From Campylobacteraceae bacterium (GTDB lineage Bacteria; Campylobacterota; Campylobacteria; Campylobacterales; Sulfurovaceae), in contig JALSOO010000030.1 of NCBI GenBank assembly GCA_026986355.1, forward strand, positions 1 to 57,362: a stretch of 57,362 nucleotides of DNA. The letters are read 5' to 3'. Within the stretch, counting starts at the first letter, position 1. The number at the start of each line of letters is the position of its first letter. Positions 31,872-41,703 of this stretch are shown one piece after another. A program made the translations under genes and the position numbers. The notes beneath the pieces were generated by a model. That model was not told where the DNA came from. It searched no databases and saw only the letters and a program-made list of their open reading frames with translations.

Positions 31872-33014
31872 CTACTTAGAGAACCACTTTTTTACTTTTG
31901 AAAAGGTTTTTTCAAATGTTGAGGTATGAGGTTTACTCTCTACTCCAAAACTAGTTTGAAGCTTTCTTAGTAACTCTTCTTGTTCATCATTAAGCTTTTT
32001 AGGGTATATGACAGAGACTTGTGCTATCAATTTACCTTTTTCTCCAGAGTGAACATCAGGAACTCCCTCATTTCTAAATATAAACTGCTCTTTATCTTTT
32101 GTACCTGCCTTTAGATTAAGCTCTAGCTCTCCCTCTAGTGATGGGATACTAATAGTCTCTCCTAAAATAGCTTGTGTAAAGAATATCGGAACTTCAATAT
32201 AGATATTGACACCATCTCGTATGAAGTGTTCATCTTGTTCTACCTCAAAAGTTAGGTATAAATCCCCACGTTGTCCATTTTTGGCTCTATTTCCATAACC
32301 TTGAGCTCGTAAACGATTTCCTGTATCTACACCTGCTGGAATATGGATTTTGACACTATCTGGCTCTTCATGGAAACCTCTCCCTGAACAAGATTCACAC
32401 TTTTTAGATACACGTTGACCCTCTCCATGACACTCTGGACATGTTTGAGCAAATGACATAAATCCTTGTTTCATCACAACTTGACCTTGACCATTACAGT
32501 AAGAACAGGTATCTAGTTTTCCACCCTCTGCACCTGTTCCCTCACAATCATCACATGGAACTTTATAGCGAATGTCTATTTTTTTATCACAACCAAAAAC
32601 AGCTTCATTAAATTTAAGTTCTTGTTCTATCTCAAAATCTAAATTATACTTTTGGTTAGGTTGTCTACGTTGTCCACCTCCACCAAAACCTCCAAATCCT
32701 CCACTAGAACCACCAAACATAGAGTTAAACATCTCCATAATATCGTCCATGTTTTGACCTCCACCACCAAAGCCTCCACGACTTTGACCTTGGAGTCCTG
32801 CTTTTCCATATTGGTCATAAATAGCACGTTTTTGTGGGTCTTTTAATACTTCATACGCTTCACTTAAGTATTTAAATCTCTCTTCAGCCTCTTTATTATC
32901 GGGGTTTCTATCTGGGTGATATTTCATAGCAAGTTTACGATATGCCTTTTTTAGCTCTTGTCCACTACAAGTTCTACTAACTTCTAAGGCTTCATAGTAA
33001 TCCATCTCTGTCAT
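31872..33014 (-). CDS. dnaJ: Molecular chaperone DnaJ
   Basis: HPD J-domain, G/F-rich linker and four CxxCxGxG repeats. Confidence 0.98.
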   Translation of the reverse strand: MTEMDYYEALEVSRTCSGQELKKAYRKLAMKYHPDRNPDNKEAEERFKYLSEAYEVLKDPQKRAIYDQYGKAGLQGQSRGGFGGGGQNMDDIMEMFNSMFGGSSGGFGGFGGGGQRRQPNQKYNLDFEIEQELKFNEAVFGCDKKIDIRYKVPCDDCEGTGAEGGKLDTCSYCNGQGQVVMKQGFMSFAQTCPECHGEGQRVSKKCESCSGRGFHEEPDSVKIHIPAGVDTGNRLRAQGYGNRAKNGQRGDLYLTFEVEQDEHFIRDGVNIYIEVPIFFTQAILGETISIPSLEGELELNLKAGTKDKEQFIFRNEGVPDVHSGEKGKLIAQVSVIYPKKLNDEQEELLRKLQTSFGVESKPHTSTFEKTFSKVKKWFSK

Positions 33015-33042
33015 TTTTACTCCAAATATTTAAATTGGTCGA

Positions 33043-33066
33043 ATTCTATCATATTTTTGCTATAAT
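33043..33066. promoter_or_regulatory. Back-to-back extended -10 boxes for dnaJ (-) and Dabb gene (+)
   Basis: TGATAGAAT on minus strand (33051-33043); TGCTATAAT on plus strand (33058-33066). Confidence 0.5.
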
Positions 33067-33102
33067 CCGAAAAAATATAGATATTAAGAGAGGGAAAAAT
33101 AG

Positions 33103-33393
33103 ATGATAAAACATATAGTAATGTTTAACTTTAAAGATGAAAATAAAAAAGAGAATTTAATTAAAGCAAAAAAGATGTTAGAAGGACTTTTAGAGAGTGT
33201 TCCAACACTAAAGAGTATAGAAGTTGGTATTAATTTTTCCAAAGAGAGTCGAGCTATGGATTTAAGCTTATATTCTGAATTTGATACTATAGAAGCATTA
33301 AAACTCTATGCAAATCACCCTGAACATTTAGAAGTGGTTAAATTTATAAAAAGTGTAGCTACTGAATCAAAAGTATCGGATTATAAAATATAG
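33103..33393 (+). CDS. Dabb-family stress-responsive A/B barrel protein
   Basis: MIKHIVMF, YANHPEH and C-terminal DY motifs. Confidence 0.88.
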   Translation: MIKHIVMFNFKDENKKENLIKAKKMLEGLLESVPTLKSIEVGINFSKESRAMDLSLYSEFDTIEALKLYANHPEHLEVVKFIKSVATESKVSDYKI

Positions 33394-33499
33394 AACATTA
33401 ATATTATATATAAGATAATTTTATCTCAATAATTTTATTTTATATTAAAGTATAAATCATAAAAAAACAGAAAAAATTATAATCAAAATCCTATTTAAC

Positions 33500-33520
33500 A
33501 GCCCATAATATAGGGCTTTT
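33500..33520 (+). terminator. Short hairpin with T-run in Dabb-NlpC intergenic region
   Basis: AGCCC-ataatata-GGGCT followed by TTT. Confidence 0.35.
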
Positions 33521-33644
33521 AAAAGAGTCTATAAAATTTAAAAAACTAAAAAAAAACACAATTATAACACGTAGCTATTGCTATACTGTTCTTAACAACA
33601 TAAGATTATCAAATATAAAAAATAAAAAAAGGAGAATAATACTT

Positions 33645-34382
33645 ATGAAAAAGAATACTTTAGCAAACTTATTACTTTTAACTTCTGTGGCATTTTTTAC
33701 TGCTTGTTCAAATAAACAACTTGAAACACCTAAAGTAGTTAAACCAAAATTAACAGCTTTAGATATCATAGGTATTGATACTACTGATACTCCTCCTGTA
33801 ACTAGGGTAGCTACTGTCAAGTGTACTCCTTCTATTGAGGATATTCCTTTAGCAAAAACTTATCCTATGCCAGAAGAGTATTATACTCCTTCTATAACTA
33901 TTAGTAGACCACGTCAAATTCAAGCGTGTGTGATAAATATAAAGCGACCAATAGAACATCATACTAGCAGATCAAATCTTGTAAATAATATAGAATGGGG
34001 TGCAAAAGAGCTTATTGGTCATAAATATGTTTGGGGTGCAACAGGTCCACGTACTTATGACTGTTCTGGATTTACTCAAAAGGTATATCGTGATGCAGGA
34101 ATAAGAATTCCTAGAGTCTCTCGTGACCAAGCCAAAGTTGGAGAGTATGTATCGTTTAATAACCTAAGAAAAGGAGATTTAATCTTTTTTGATACTCATA
34201 AACACCCATCTGGAAAGGTAACTCATGTTGGTATCTATTTGGGTAATGGTAACTTTATTCATGCTAGTTCAGCAGCAAAAAAGATAGTTATTTTTAATTT
34301 CAATAAAAAAACATTTTATAAAAAACGTTTTTTATGGGGAAGAAGATTGATTAATAGTAACACTCGTTTAGCGTCATTGTAA
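33645..34382 (+). CDS. NlpC/P60 (C40) peptidase lipoprotein
   Basis: Lipobox FTAC; YVWGA, DCSGF, HVGIY and IHAS. Confidence 0.92.
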   Translation: MKKNTLANLLLLTSVAFFTACSNKQLETPKVVKPKLTALDIIGIDTTDTPPVTRVATVKCTPSIEDIPLAKTYPMPEEYYTPSITISRPRQIQACVINIKRPIEHHTSRSNLVNNIEWGAKELIGHKYVWGATGPRTYDCSGFTQKVYRDAGIRIPRVSRDQAKVGEYVSFNNLRKGDLIFFDTHKHPSGKVTHVGIYLGNGNFIHASSAAKKIVIFNFNKKTFYKKRFLWGRRLINSNTRLASL

Positions 34383-34407
34383 TAGTAATTTAAAATAAGA
34401 TAGATAA

Positions 34408-35733
34408 ATGAAAACATATAAAATAGTTATTGGAATAGTTCTGCTTACTGCCTCTCTCTTTTCTGAGGCAGTTTTAAATACAGGGTATAGATACAAAAGT
34501 GCTTTGGACTCAATGCCAAAAAATAGTGTTCGTGATTTAAGAACAATTAAGCAAGACCCTAGCTGTTTTAGTACTCAGATTAAGCCCATGAGTAAAAAAG
34601 AGCAGAAGAGATATGATGATATATATAATAGAAAATTTTTTAAACCTTGGTTTAGAAAAACGATGGGTCTCTCACAAAAAGAAAAAACATGGCAATTTGT
34701 TTTTGCAAAACAGAAAATATATACACGATATAGTAAACGACTCTCTAAAAAATGGTTTCGTTATCAGATTAGAAACTCTAATTTTAAACATTACCAATCG
34801 GTATTAAAACCTGCAATTACATTGAGACATACAGACCTTAAAATATATCCAACAAAACAGGATTTTTACTATAATCCTAAACGAACAGGAGAGGGGTTTC
34901 CTTTTGATTATAATCAAAACTCATCAATCAATATCAATACACCTTTATTGGTCTCTCACTACTCCAAAGATAAAAAATGGGTCTATGTACGATGCTCATA
35001 TGCGTATGGTTGGTTGCCTGTATCAGATATAGCATTTGTAGATTATAAATTTAGAAAAAAGTTTATGAATAATAACTACTATGTCACTATTAGAGACAAT
35101 CTATTTATTACAGATAAGAAGTTTAGAACTATTGTAAAATTGGGAACAATCTTTCCTATGGATAAAAAGAGTAAAAAATATATGATAGCATCAAAAAATA
35201 GAAAAGGTTATGCAGATATTAAACTTTTAAAATCGGTAAAAAAGTGGATAATCGCAAAAAAACCTATCTCATTTACCCCCTCTAATGTGGCATTGATTTC
35301 AAAACAGTTAGTAGGAGAACCTTATGGTTGGGGTGGCAAAATGTGGGCAAGAGATTGTTCTAGCTTAACCAAAGATTTTTTTGCACCTTTTGGCATCTTT
35401 TTGGGACGTAACTCAAAAGAGCAGAGTCATGATGGCAAGAGAGTAACTAAAATTAGATGGCTTTCAGCAAAAAAGAAGAAAAAGATTATTTTAAAAAATG
35501 CAAAACCTTTTCGTTCACTACTCTATGTAGGTGGTCATGTAACACTTTATATAGGAGAGAGAAATGGAGAACCTATTATTATGCACAACTATTGGGGTTC
35601 ACGATTGAAAAATCATAAAAAACGTATCTTTGGAAGAGCAATAATTAGTACAACTGAGATAGGAAAAGAGAGAAAAGATATTAAAAGACAAGCTATGTTG
35701 ATAAATACTTTTTCTAAAATTATATATTTTTGA
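34408..35733 (+). CDS. SH3-domain-containing NlpC/P60 (C40) peptidase
   Basis: GEGFPFDYNQNS, PYGWGG, RDCS and GHVTLY motifs; signal peptide. Confidence 0.88.
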   Translation: MKTYKIVIGIVLLTASLFSEAVLNTGYRYKSALDSMPKNSVRDLRTIKQDPSCFSTQIKPMSKKEQKRYDDIYNRKFFKPWFRKTMGLSQKEKTWQFVFAKQKIYTRYSKRLSKKWFRYQIRNSNFKHYQSVLKPAITLRHTDLKIYPTKQDFYYNPKRTGEGFPFDYNQNSSININTPLLVSHYSKDKKWVYVRCSYAYGWLPVSDIAFVDYKFRKKFMNNNYYVTIRDNLFITDKKFRTIVKLGTIFPMDKKSKKYMIASKNRKGYADIKLLKSVKKWIIAKKPISFTPSNVALISKQLVGEPYGWGGKMWARDCSSLTKDFFAPFGIFLGRNSKEQSHDGKRVTKIRWLSAKKKKKIILKNAKPFRSLLYVGGHVTLYIGERNGEPIIMHNYWGSRLKNHKKRIFGRAIISTTEIGKERKDIKRQAMLINTFSKIIYF

Positions 35734-35774
35734 GATTAAGGGTATAATTCCATATTTTTTAAGGCAAAAACTAT

Positions 35775-37220
35775 ATGAAAACTCAAAAATTTATTTTAAA
35801 ACTCTTTCCTGAAATAATGGTAAAAGGCTCATCGGCAAAGCGTCAGATGGTGGGTCAACTCTATAACAATCTACTTAAGCTTCTAGGCGATATTGATACA
35901 GATATAAAAATTAAAAAGTTTTCAGATAAGATAGAGGTGGTTACACCTATATCTGTAGTAGATAGAGTACGAATAAGACTATTGAATACCCCTGGGATAG
36001 AGCAGGTGTTAGAGGCATTACAGTTTGATGATATGATGACTTTAGATGCTATCAAAGCAAAAGTATGTGAGAGAGTGTTATCTCAAATAGAAGATAAAAC
36101 ATTTGTTGTACGAGCTAAACGTACAGGAACACACCCTTTTAACTCATCTGAAATGGAGCGAACCATTGGTGGATATATATTAGCTCATTCAAAAGCAAAA
36201 GGGGTTGATTTACATAATCCTGAAGTTACAATACGCATAGAGCTGATTAATAATCAATTAAATATTATTAGTGATAAACATAGTGGTTTGGGTGGTTATC
36301 CTATTGGAACACAAGGAGATGTACTCTCTTTGATGTCGGGGGGATTTGACTCTACAGTTGCTTCATACTTGACTATGAAACGTGGGTTAAAAACCCATTT
36401 TATCTTTTTTAATTTAGGTGGAATTGCCCATGAGATAGGGGTAAAACAGGTATCATTTTATCTATGGAATAAGTATGGAGCATCTCATCGTGTCAAAATT
36501 ATCTCTGTGCCATTTGATGATGTTCTAACAGAGATATTTCGTTCAACACCAGAGACCTATATGGGGGTTACTCTAAAGCGTTTAATGGTCATGGCATCTG
36601 AAAAGATAGCAAAAGAGATGGAGATAGATGCTTTGGTTACAGGAGAGTCTATTGCACAGGTATCTAGCCAAACGCTTCGTAACTTAGCACTTATAGACCA
36701 AGCCTCAAATATGCTTATTATACGTCCTCTAGCTACTATGAACAAACCTGATATTATTGATATAGCAACCAAAATAGGAACAAGACGTTTTGCTGAAAAT
36801 ATGCCTGAATATTGTGGTGTTATATCCAAAAATCCTATTACTCATGGCTCATTTAAACGAATGGAGCGTGAAGCTAAACGTTTTGATTACTCTGTACTCG
36901 ATAGAGCAGTAGAGAACTCAAAAAGTATCTATGTTGATGAGGTTATCAATGATGTTACTACCAATGCACCTATAGAGATAATCAATAATATAGAGGATAG
37001 TGAATATGTTATTATTGATATTAGAGGAGAGGAAGAGACGATTAAAAACTCATGTGAAGTGTTGAATATACCTTTTTATAAATTAAAAACAGAGTTTAAA
37101 AAACTACCACAAGATAGAGAGTATCTACTCTATTGTGAAAAAGGGGTTATGAGTCAACTTCATGCACAATATCTAAGAGACTCTGAAAATAGAGAAAATG
37201 TTAGGGTATATAGACCTTAG
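35775..37220 (+). CDS. thiI: tRNA 4-thiouridine(8) synthase with C-terminal rhodanese domain
   Basis: THUMP region, SGGFDS PP-loop, PEYCG and YLLYCEKGVMS; TATAAT at 35743-35748. Confidence 0.96.
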   Translation: MKTQKFILKLFPEIMVKGSSAKRQMVGQLYNNLLKLLGDIDTDIKIKKFSDKIEVVTPISVVDRVRIRLLNTPGIEQVLEALQFDDMMTLDAIKAKVCERVLSQIEDKTFVVRAKRTGTHPFNSSEMERTIGGYILAHSKAKGVDLHNPEVTIRIELINNQLNIISDKHSGLGGYPIGTQGDVLSLMSGGFDSTVASYLTMKRGLKTHFIFFNLGGIAHEIGVKQVSFYLWNKYGASHRVKIISVPFDDVLTEIFRSTPETYMGVTLKRLMVMASEKIAKEMEIDALVTGESIAQVSSQTLRNLALIDQASNMLIIRPLATMNKPDIIDIATKIGTRRFAENMPEYCGVISKNPITHGSFKRMEREAKRFDYSVLDRAVENSKSIYVDEVINDVTTNAPIEIINNIEDSEYVIIDIRGEEETIKNSCEVLNIPFYKLKTEFKKLPQDREYLLYCEKGVMSQLHAQYLRDSENRENVRVYRP

Positions 37221-37253
37221 CCAACATTAAGCTTTGATATGTAATATAGATTT

Positions 37254-38684
37254 ATGAAATTAAAAAACATTAACTTAACTAACCCCTATTTAGCGCTACC
37301 ATCACTCTGTTATGATAGAGTCAATCCTACTCCTCTCAAAAAGCCTTTCTTGATTCATAGCAATCAAGAGGTGGCAGATATGTTAGGTATAGATATATCA
37401 GATAGAGAGGCATTAACACACTTTGTAAATGGCGAATTAAATCTAAATGGAAGTGATACCTTTGCAATGTGTTATGCAGGTCACCAGTTTGGGCATTTTG
37501 TACCACGTTTAGGAGATGGTCGTGCTATAAATATAGGAACTATAAATGGCTTTCATCTACAACTAAAAGGGGCAGGGCAGACGCTCTATTCACGTTCAGG
37601 AGATGGTCGTGCTGTGCTTCGTTCTAGTATTAGAGAGTATTTAATGAGTGAAGCGATGTATGGATTGGGTATAGAGACAACAAGAGCATTGGCAATTATA
37701 GGCTCTGAACACTCTGTCTATCGTCAAAGTTGGGAAAAAGGCTCAATAGTCCTCCGTGTATCTCCCTCATGGATTCGTTTTGGTACATTTGAGTATTTTG
37801 CACACTCTAAAAATTTTAAAGAGTTAGAGGCTTTAGCCGACTATGCTATTGATGAATGCTATCCTCATCTTAGCAATGAAAATGATAAATATCTACACTT
37901 TTTTACAGAGGTTATGGGTAAAACAGCTAGGCTTATGGCAGAGTGGCAAGTTGTTGGATTTAATCATGGTGTTATGAATACCGATAATATGTCTATTTTG
38001 GGGCTTACTATAGATTATGGCCCTTATGCTTTTTTAGATGATTATGATACCAACTATGTATGTAACCATACCGACCAATATGGTAGATACTCATTTGGAA
38101 ACCAACCCTTAATAGGAGAGTGGAATCTAAAAGCATTAGCCTTGGCACTTGAACCTTTGGTACGAAAAGAGCGTTTAGAGAAGATAATAAAACATTATGG
38201 ACGACTCTATAGCAGACACTTTTTGTATCTAATGGGTAAAAAATTAGGACTTGATGAGGTTTTTGATAAAGATTTTGATTTTATCAAACAGATGCTTGGT
38301 ATGTTGCAGTCTCTGCATGTAGACTATACACTATTTTTTAGAACTTTAAGCCGTTATGACGGAGATAGAAAAGGGTTATTAAAATTGGGACTTCTACATA
38401 GACCGATGAATGAGTGGTTAGATGAGTATGATAAATACTTAAAAAATAATAAAACAACAGAGGAGATACGACATAAAAATATGCTCAAAATAAATCCTAA
38501 ATATGTACTAAAAAACTATATGCTTCAAGAGGCGATAGATGAAGCAGAAAAAGGAGTTTTTGATAAAGTAGAAGCACTCTTTACAATTGCTCAAAATCCT
38601 TATGCAGAACATAAAGAGTTTGAGCATTGGTCAAAAGCTACCCCTGATGAGTTTAAGAATCAGAAGTTGAGTTGTTCTTCGTAG
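37254..38684 (+). CDS. selO: SelO/YdiU protein adenylyltransferase
   Basis: YAGHQFG, LGDGR, QLKGAG, HGVMNTDN, IDYGP and C-terminal SCSS. Confidence 0.94.
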   Translation: MKLKNINLTNPYLALPSLCYDRVNPTPLKKPFLIHSNQEVADMLGIDISDREALTHFVNGELNLNGSDTFAMCYAGHQFGHFVPRLGDGRAINIGTINGFHLQLKGAGQTLYSRSGDGRAVLRSSIREYLMSEAMYGLGIETTRALAIIGSEHSVYRQSWEKGSIVLRVSPSWIRFGTFEYFAHSKNFKELEALADYAIDECYPHLSNENDKYLHFFTEVMGKTARLMAEWQVVGFNHGVMNTDNMSILGLTIDYGPYAFLDDYDTNYVCNHTDQYGRYSFGNQPLIGEWNLKALALALEPLVRKERLEKIIKHYGRLYSRHFLYLMGKKLGLDEVFDKDFDFIKQMLGMLQSLHVDYTLFFRTLSRYDGDRKGLLKLGLLHRPMNEWLDEYDKYLKNNKTTEEIRHKNMLKINPKYVLKNYMLQEAIDEAEKGVFDKVEALFTIAQNPYAEHKEFEHWSKATPDEFKNQKLSCSS

Positions 38685-39528
38685 GTTTAGCACAACCATT
38701 GCATTCTAATTGCACAAAATAAGGCTCTGGTCTATCCAATCTAGCACAGGTCAATCTCTTACCCCAAAGGCAACCTGTGTCTAAGCCTAAAACTTTTCCA
38801 TCATAGTAGTAGTCTAAATTGGTATCATTAACCAGTGTTGACCAGTGACCAAAAATAGTTTTTAGAGGGATATCTTTCCTTGATGGACATGCAAACCATG
38901 GATATAACCCCTTATTTAATCGCTTCATATTATTAGGAGAGCCTTTTTGTTTAAAATCCAACTCTCCATCTCTTTTACAAAAACGCATAGCAATAAACGA
39001 GCTTAATATATACTTCTCTATATCTAATGAATTTGCCTTGGTATTAAATCTATTTGAACTCTTTTTAAACATATGTTTGAGCCAAGATTTATAGTTGCGT
39101 CCTTGAAGCCTCTTTTCTATCCGTTTTGAGTAGTTTATCGCCATACCTAAATCAAATTGAGGAGAGATACCTGCATGAGCCATAGCATAACCCAACTTAT
39201 AATCAATATGTAAAAATGGTTGATAGCGAAGCCAATCAATCAACTCTTTTGCATTTGGTGCATCTAAAATAGGCTGTATCGTAGGATTTGGCTTTTTAAT
39301 CCCAGCATGGATAGCAATAAGTGCAATATCATGATTGCCTAATACTATCTGAACTGAATCTCTAATAGAGTAGAGATAATTTAGCGTCTCTAGTGATTTA
39401 TCTCCACGATTAACCAAATCTCCTGCTATCCAAAGTCTATCTACTTTTGGATTGAACTCTATCTTTTTTAATATCTTTTGAAAATTATCAAAACACCCTT
39501 GAATATCTCCTATCGCCCAAACTGCCAT
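38653..39528 (-). CDS. apaH: Symmetrical bis(5'-nucleosyl)-tetraphosphatase
   Basis: IGDIQGC, GDLVNRG, LGNHD, HAG, FGHWS and LDTGCLWG. Confidence 0.93.
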   Translation of the reverse strand: MAVWAIGDIQGCFDNFQKILKKIEFNPKVDRLWIAGDLVNRGDKSLETLNYLYSIRDSVQIVLGNHDIALIAIHAGIKKPNPTIQPILDAPNAKELIDWLRYQPFLHIDYKLGYAMAHAGISPQFDLGMAINYSKRIEKRLQGRNYKSWLKHMFKKSSNRFNTKANSLDIEKYILSSFIAMRFCKRDGELDFKQKGSPNNMKRLNKGLYPWFACPSRKDIPLKTIFGHWSTLVNDTNLDYYYDGKVLGLDTGCLWGKRLTCARLDRPEPYFVQLECNGCAKPTKNNSTSDS

Positions 39529-40010
39529 TAACTCCCCAATAACTCTCTATATTTTTCTAACTTTTGTTCAAAACTCATCTTTGCATAGGCTGAAGATGGA
39601 GAGGGTAGATAAACACTCTCTATCTCCAAATAGTCAAAGTGCATCTTAAATAATTTTTCTGCCAATCTACCTGTAAATACCACTTTTTCTATAGATGGAT
39701 TCTCTTCTAAAAACTCTGCTATATTGTTTACCTCTATCTCTTCTAGTGAGCTATCTAATGAATTATCTCTACTACATGTAGATACCATATCCCAAAGAGC
39801 TATTTTACTCTCTTTTAAGAGCCAAATCTTCTGGTCTCTATTATTGATGGGATAGTTAAAAATATCAGATAATATCTTCCAAAATTGATTACGTTTATGC
39901 CCATAATAAAAATCCTCTTTGAACGAATCAATACTAGGAAATGAACCTAAAATCAAAACTCTACTATCTCTAAATATTATAGGTTTAAATGAATGTTCTA
40001 TATTTTTAAT
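39528..40010 (-). CDS. DNA-deoxyinosine glycosylase (UDG superfamily); probable ATT start at 40010 (track start TTG 39956)
   Basis: ILGSFPS, FYY.H.RNQFW, SLDS and LPSPS motifs; frame open upstream as IKNIEHSFKPIIFRDSRV to a TAG at 40016-40014. Confidence 0.85.
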   Translation of the reverse strand: MKNIEHSFKPIIFRDSRVLILGSFPSIDSFKEDFYYGHKRNQFWKILSDIFNYPINNRDQKIWLLKESKIALWDMVSTCSRDNSLDSSLEEIEVNNIAEFLEENPSIEKVVFTGRLAEKLFKMHFDYLEIESVYLPSPSSAYAKMSFEQKLEKYRELLGS

Positions 40011-40090
40011 ACTCTATTCCTCTATTAAATTTAAAAAAGTATTATATCTTAATAAATCTCTAAAAAAACTATCCATTGGCATTATTATCT

Positions 40091-40405
40091 TTACTCTTCA
40101 CTTAATCTCATTAATGAATCATGCATATCAAAATATGCTATTAAAAACTCAAACATCATACGCCAAAAGAGTTCCATTAGTAGAAATAAACCTATAAAAA
40201 TAGCTATAAATATGATACGTTGAGATAGTGTTGTGTTTGATGTTATACTCTCTTTTAGAGTAAGTGATACTTTTTTGAAATATCTATCTTTTATCCATAA
40301 CATTAGAGTAAATGAGAATATAGGGATAATCACTGCTCCAATATAGTAGAAGAGTATTAAAACCGTTGGAGTAATAAAGCTTTTAAATGTTAAAAAATCT
40401 ATCAT
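40091..40405 (-). CDS. DUF4282-like small membrane protein
   Basis: MIDFLTFKSFITP...WRMMFEFLIAYF; ATG at 40405 avoids overlap with upstream gene. Confidence 0.7.
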   Translation of the reverse strand: MIDFLTFKSFITPTVLILFYYIGAVIIPIFSFTLMLWIKDRYFKKVSLTLKESITSNTTLSQRIIFIAIFIGLFLLMELFWRMMFEFLIAYFDMHDSLMRLSEE

Positions 40406-40409
40406 CTCT

Positions 40410-41219
40410 TTAATCTTGAAATTGAATTGGCCCTTCTCCACTACCATTTAGAAGTTGTCTCACATAAGGGTTGGTTGTATTTTTGAAGCTCTCATTATCT
40501 GCCCACTCTATAATCTCTCCTTCAAATAGAAAAGCCAAATAGTCAGCAGATTTGAAACTCTCTTTCATATCATGAGTAATCAATACAGAGGTTACACCTA
40601 ACTCTCTTTGAAGTTTTAGGATAAGTTGAGTAATAAGGTCAGATGTTATGGGGTCAAGCCCACTTGTTGGTTCATCATATAGAATAATCTTGGGTTTCAT
40701 AATAATAGCTCTTGCTAAACCTGCTCGTTTACGCATACCTCCACTTAACTCATTTGGTGCTAGTTGTGCTACACGTTTGGCATCAAGTCCAGTCATGCTC
40801 AACATCTTCATGACACGCTCTTCTATCTCTTTTTTTGATAAATCTTTTCTATGTTCACGTAGAGGAAAAGCTACATTATCAAATATATTCATACTATCAA
40901 ACATAGCCCCATCTTGAAATAGATACCCTATGTTTTTACGAACAGCTCTTAGCTCCTCTTCACTGCAATTATCAACTTCAACCCCATCAACTACTATTTT
41001 GCCACTTGTTGGTTTCATTAGTCCAACGATATGTTTTATAATAGTCGATTTTCCTCCACCAGAAAGCCCCAATATAACTGTAGTTGAGCCTTTGGGAAAG
41101 ATGAGGTTCACATCTTTTAGTACCTCTTTTGTACCAAACACTTTTTGAAGATGTCTTATCTCAATAAGTGGATTTGATTCATCAAACTCTATCTTCTCTT
41201 TGGTTTCATCTATTCTCAT
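40410..41219 (-). CDS. ABC transporter ATP-binding protein (MlaF/Ttg2A-like)
   Basis: GLSGGGKS, FQDGAMFDSM, ELSGGMRKR and YDEPTSGLDP. Confidence 0.88.
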   Translation of the reverse strand: MRIDETKEKIEFDESNPLIEIRHLQKVFGTKEVLKDVNLIFPKGSTTVILGLSGGGKSTIIKHIVGLMKPTSGKIVVDGVEVDNCSEEELRAVRKNIGYLFQDGAMFDSMNIFDNVAFPLREHRKDLSKKEIEERVMKMLSMTGLDAKRVAQLAPNELSGGMRKRAGLARAIIMKPKIILYDEPTSGLDPITSDLITQLILKLQRELGVTSVLITHDMKESFKSADYLAFLFEGEIIEWADNESFKNTTNPYVRQLLNGSGEGPIQFQD

Positions 41220-41702
41220 CTATTTTAGAGCTTTTTTTAGATTTAAAATCAATAGAGCTAGAGCTGAAAAAGCAAAGATTTTAAAATCCAATTCACTTGC
41301 AAAGTGTGTATTTTCAAATAGTTTACTACCTGTTATGCTCTCTCCCATAGATTGCATCTCTAAAATTTGAGGCATATAGTAAGAGGTAAATAGAAGTCCA
41401 GTAGATACTACCAAAAAAGTAGCCAAAAGAGACCATCTATCACTCTCAAATGCTTTATATTTTATTACTTCATATAGTATTACTACAACGACTAAGAAGT
41501 TAATAGCATAAGCTAAACGTTCAAATACTTGTGTCATCAGTAATCCCTCTTGGAAACGGCTAAGAAGTTCAGAACCCAAAAGTAGTTCAGAGTGAAAAAT
41601 AGTTGGTGCAACCACAATCCCTGCTAAAAGTCCTGCCCCTAGTACAGTACCTAGTGATATAATCACGGTGTATGTCATTAGTTTAAATATCTTTTTTGTC
41701 AT
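41220..41702 (-). CDS. DUF4149-like 4-TM membrane protein
   Basis: VAPTIF, GLLMTQVF and F...H..SE motifs. Confidence 0.7.
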   Translation of the reverse strand: MTKKIFKLMTYTVIISLGTVLGAGLLAGIVVAPTIFHSELLLGSELLSRFQEGLLMTQVFERLAYAINFLVVVVILYEVIKYKAFESDRWSLLATFLVVSTGLLFTSYYMPQILEMQSMGESITGSKLFENTHFASELDFKIFAFSALALLILNLKKALK

Positions 41703-41703
41703 T

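Noticed and set aside
32670-32790. CCACCACCA-like repeats
   Set aside because: They encode the normal Gly/Phe-rich linker of DnaJ
38660-38684. Selenocysteine in SelO
   Set aside because: The C-terminus is encoded as TGT TCT TCG TAG (Cys-Ser-Ser-stop); no in-frame TGA
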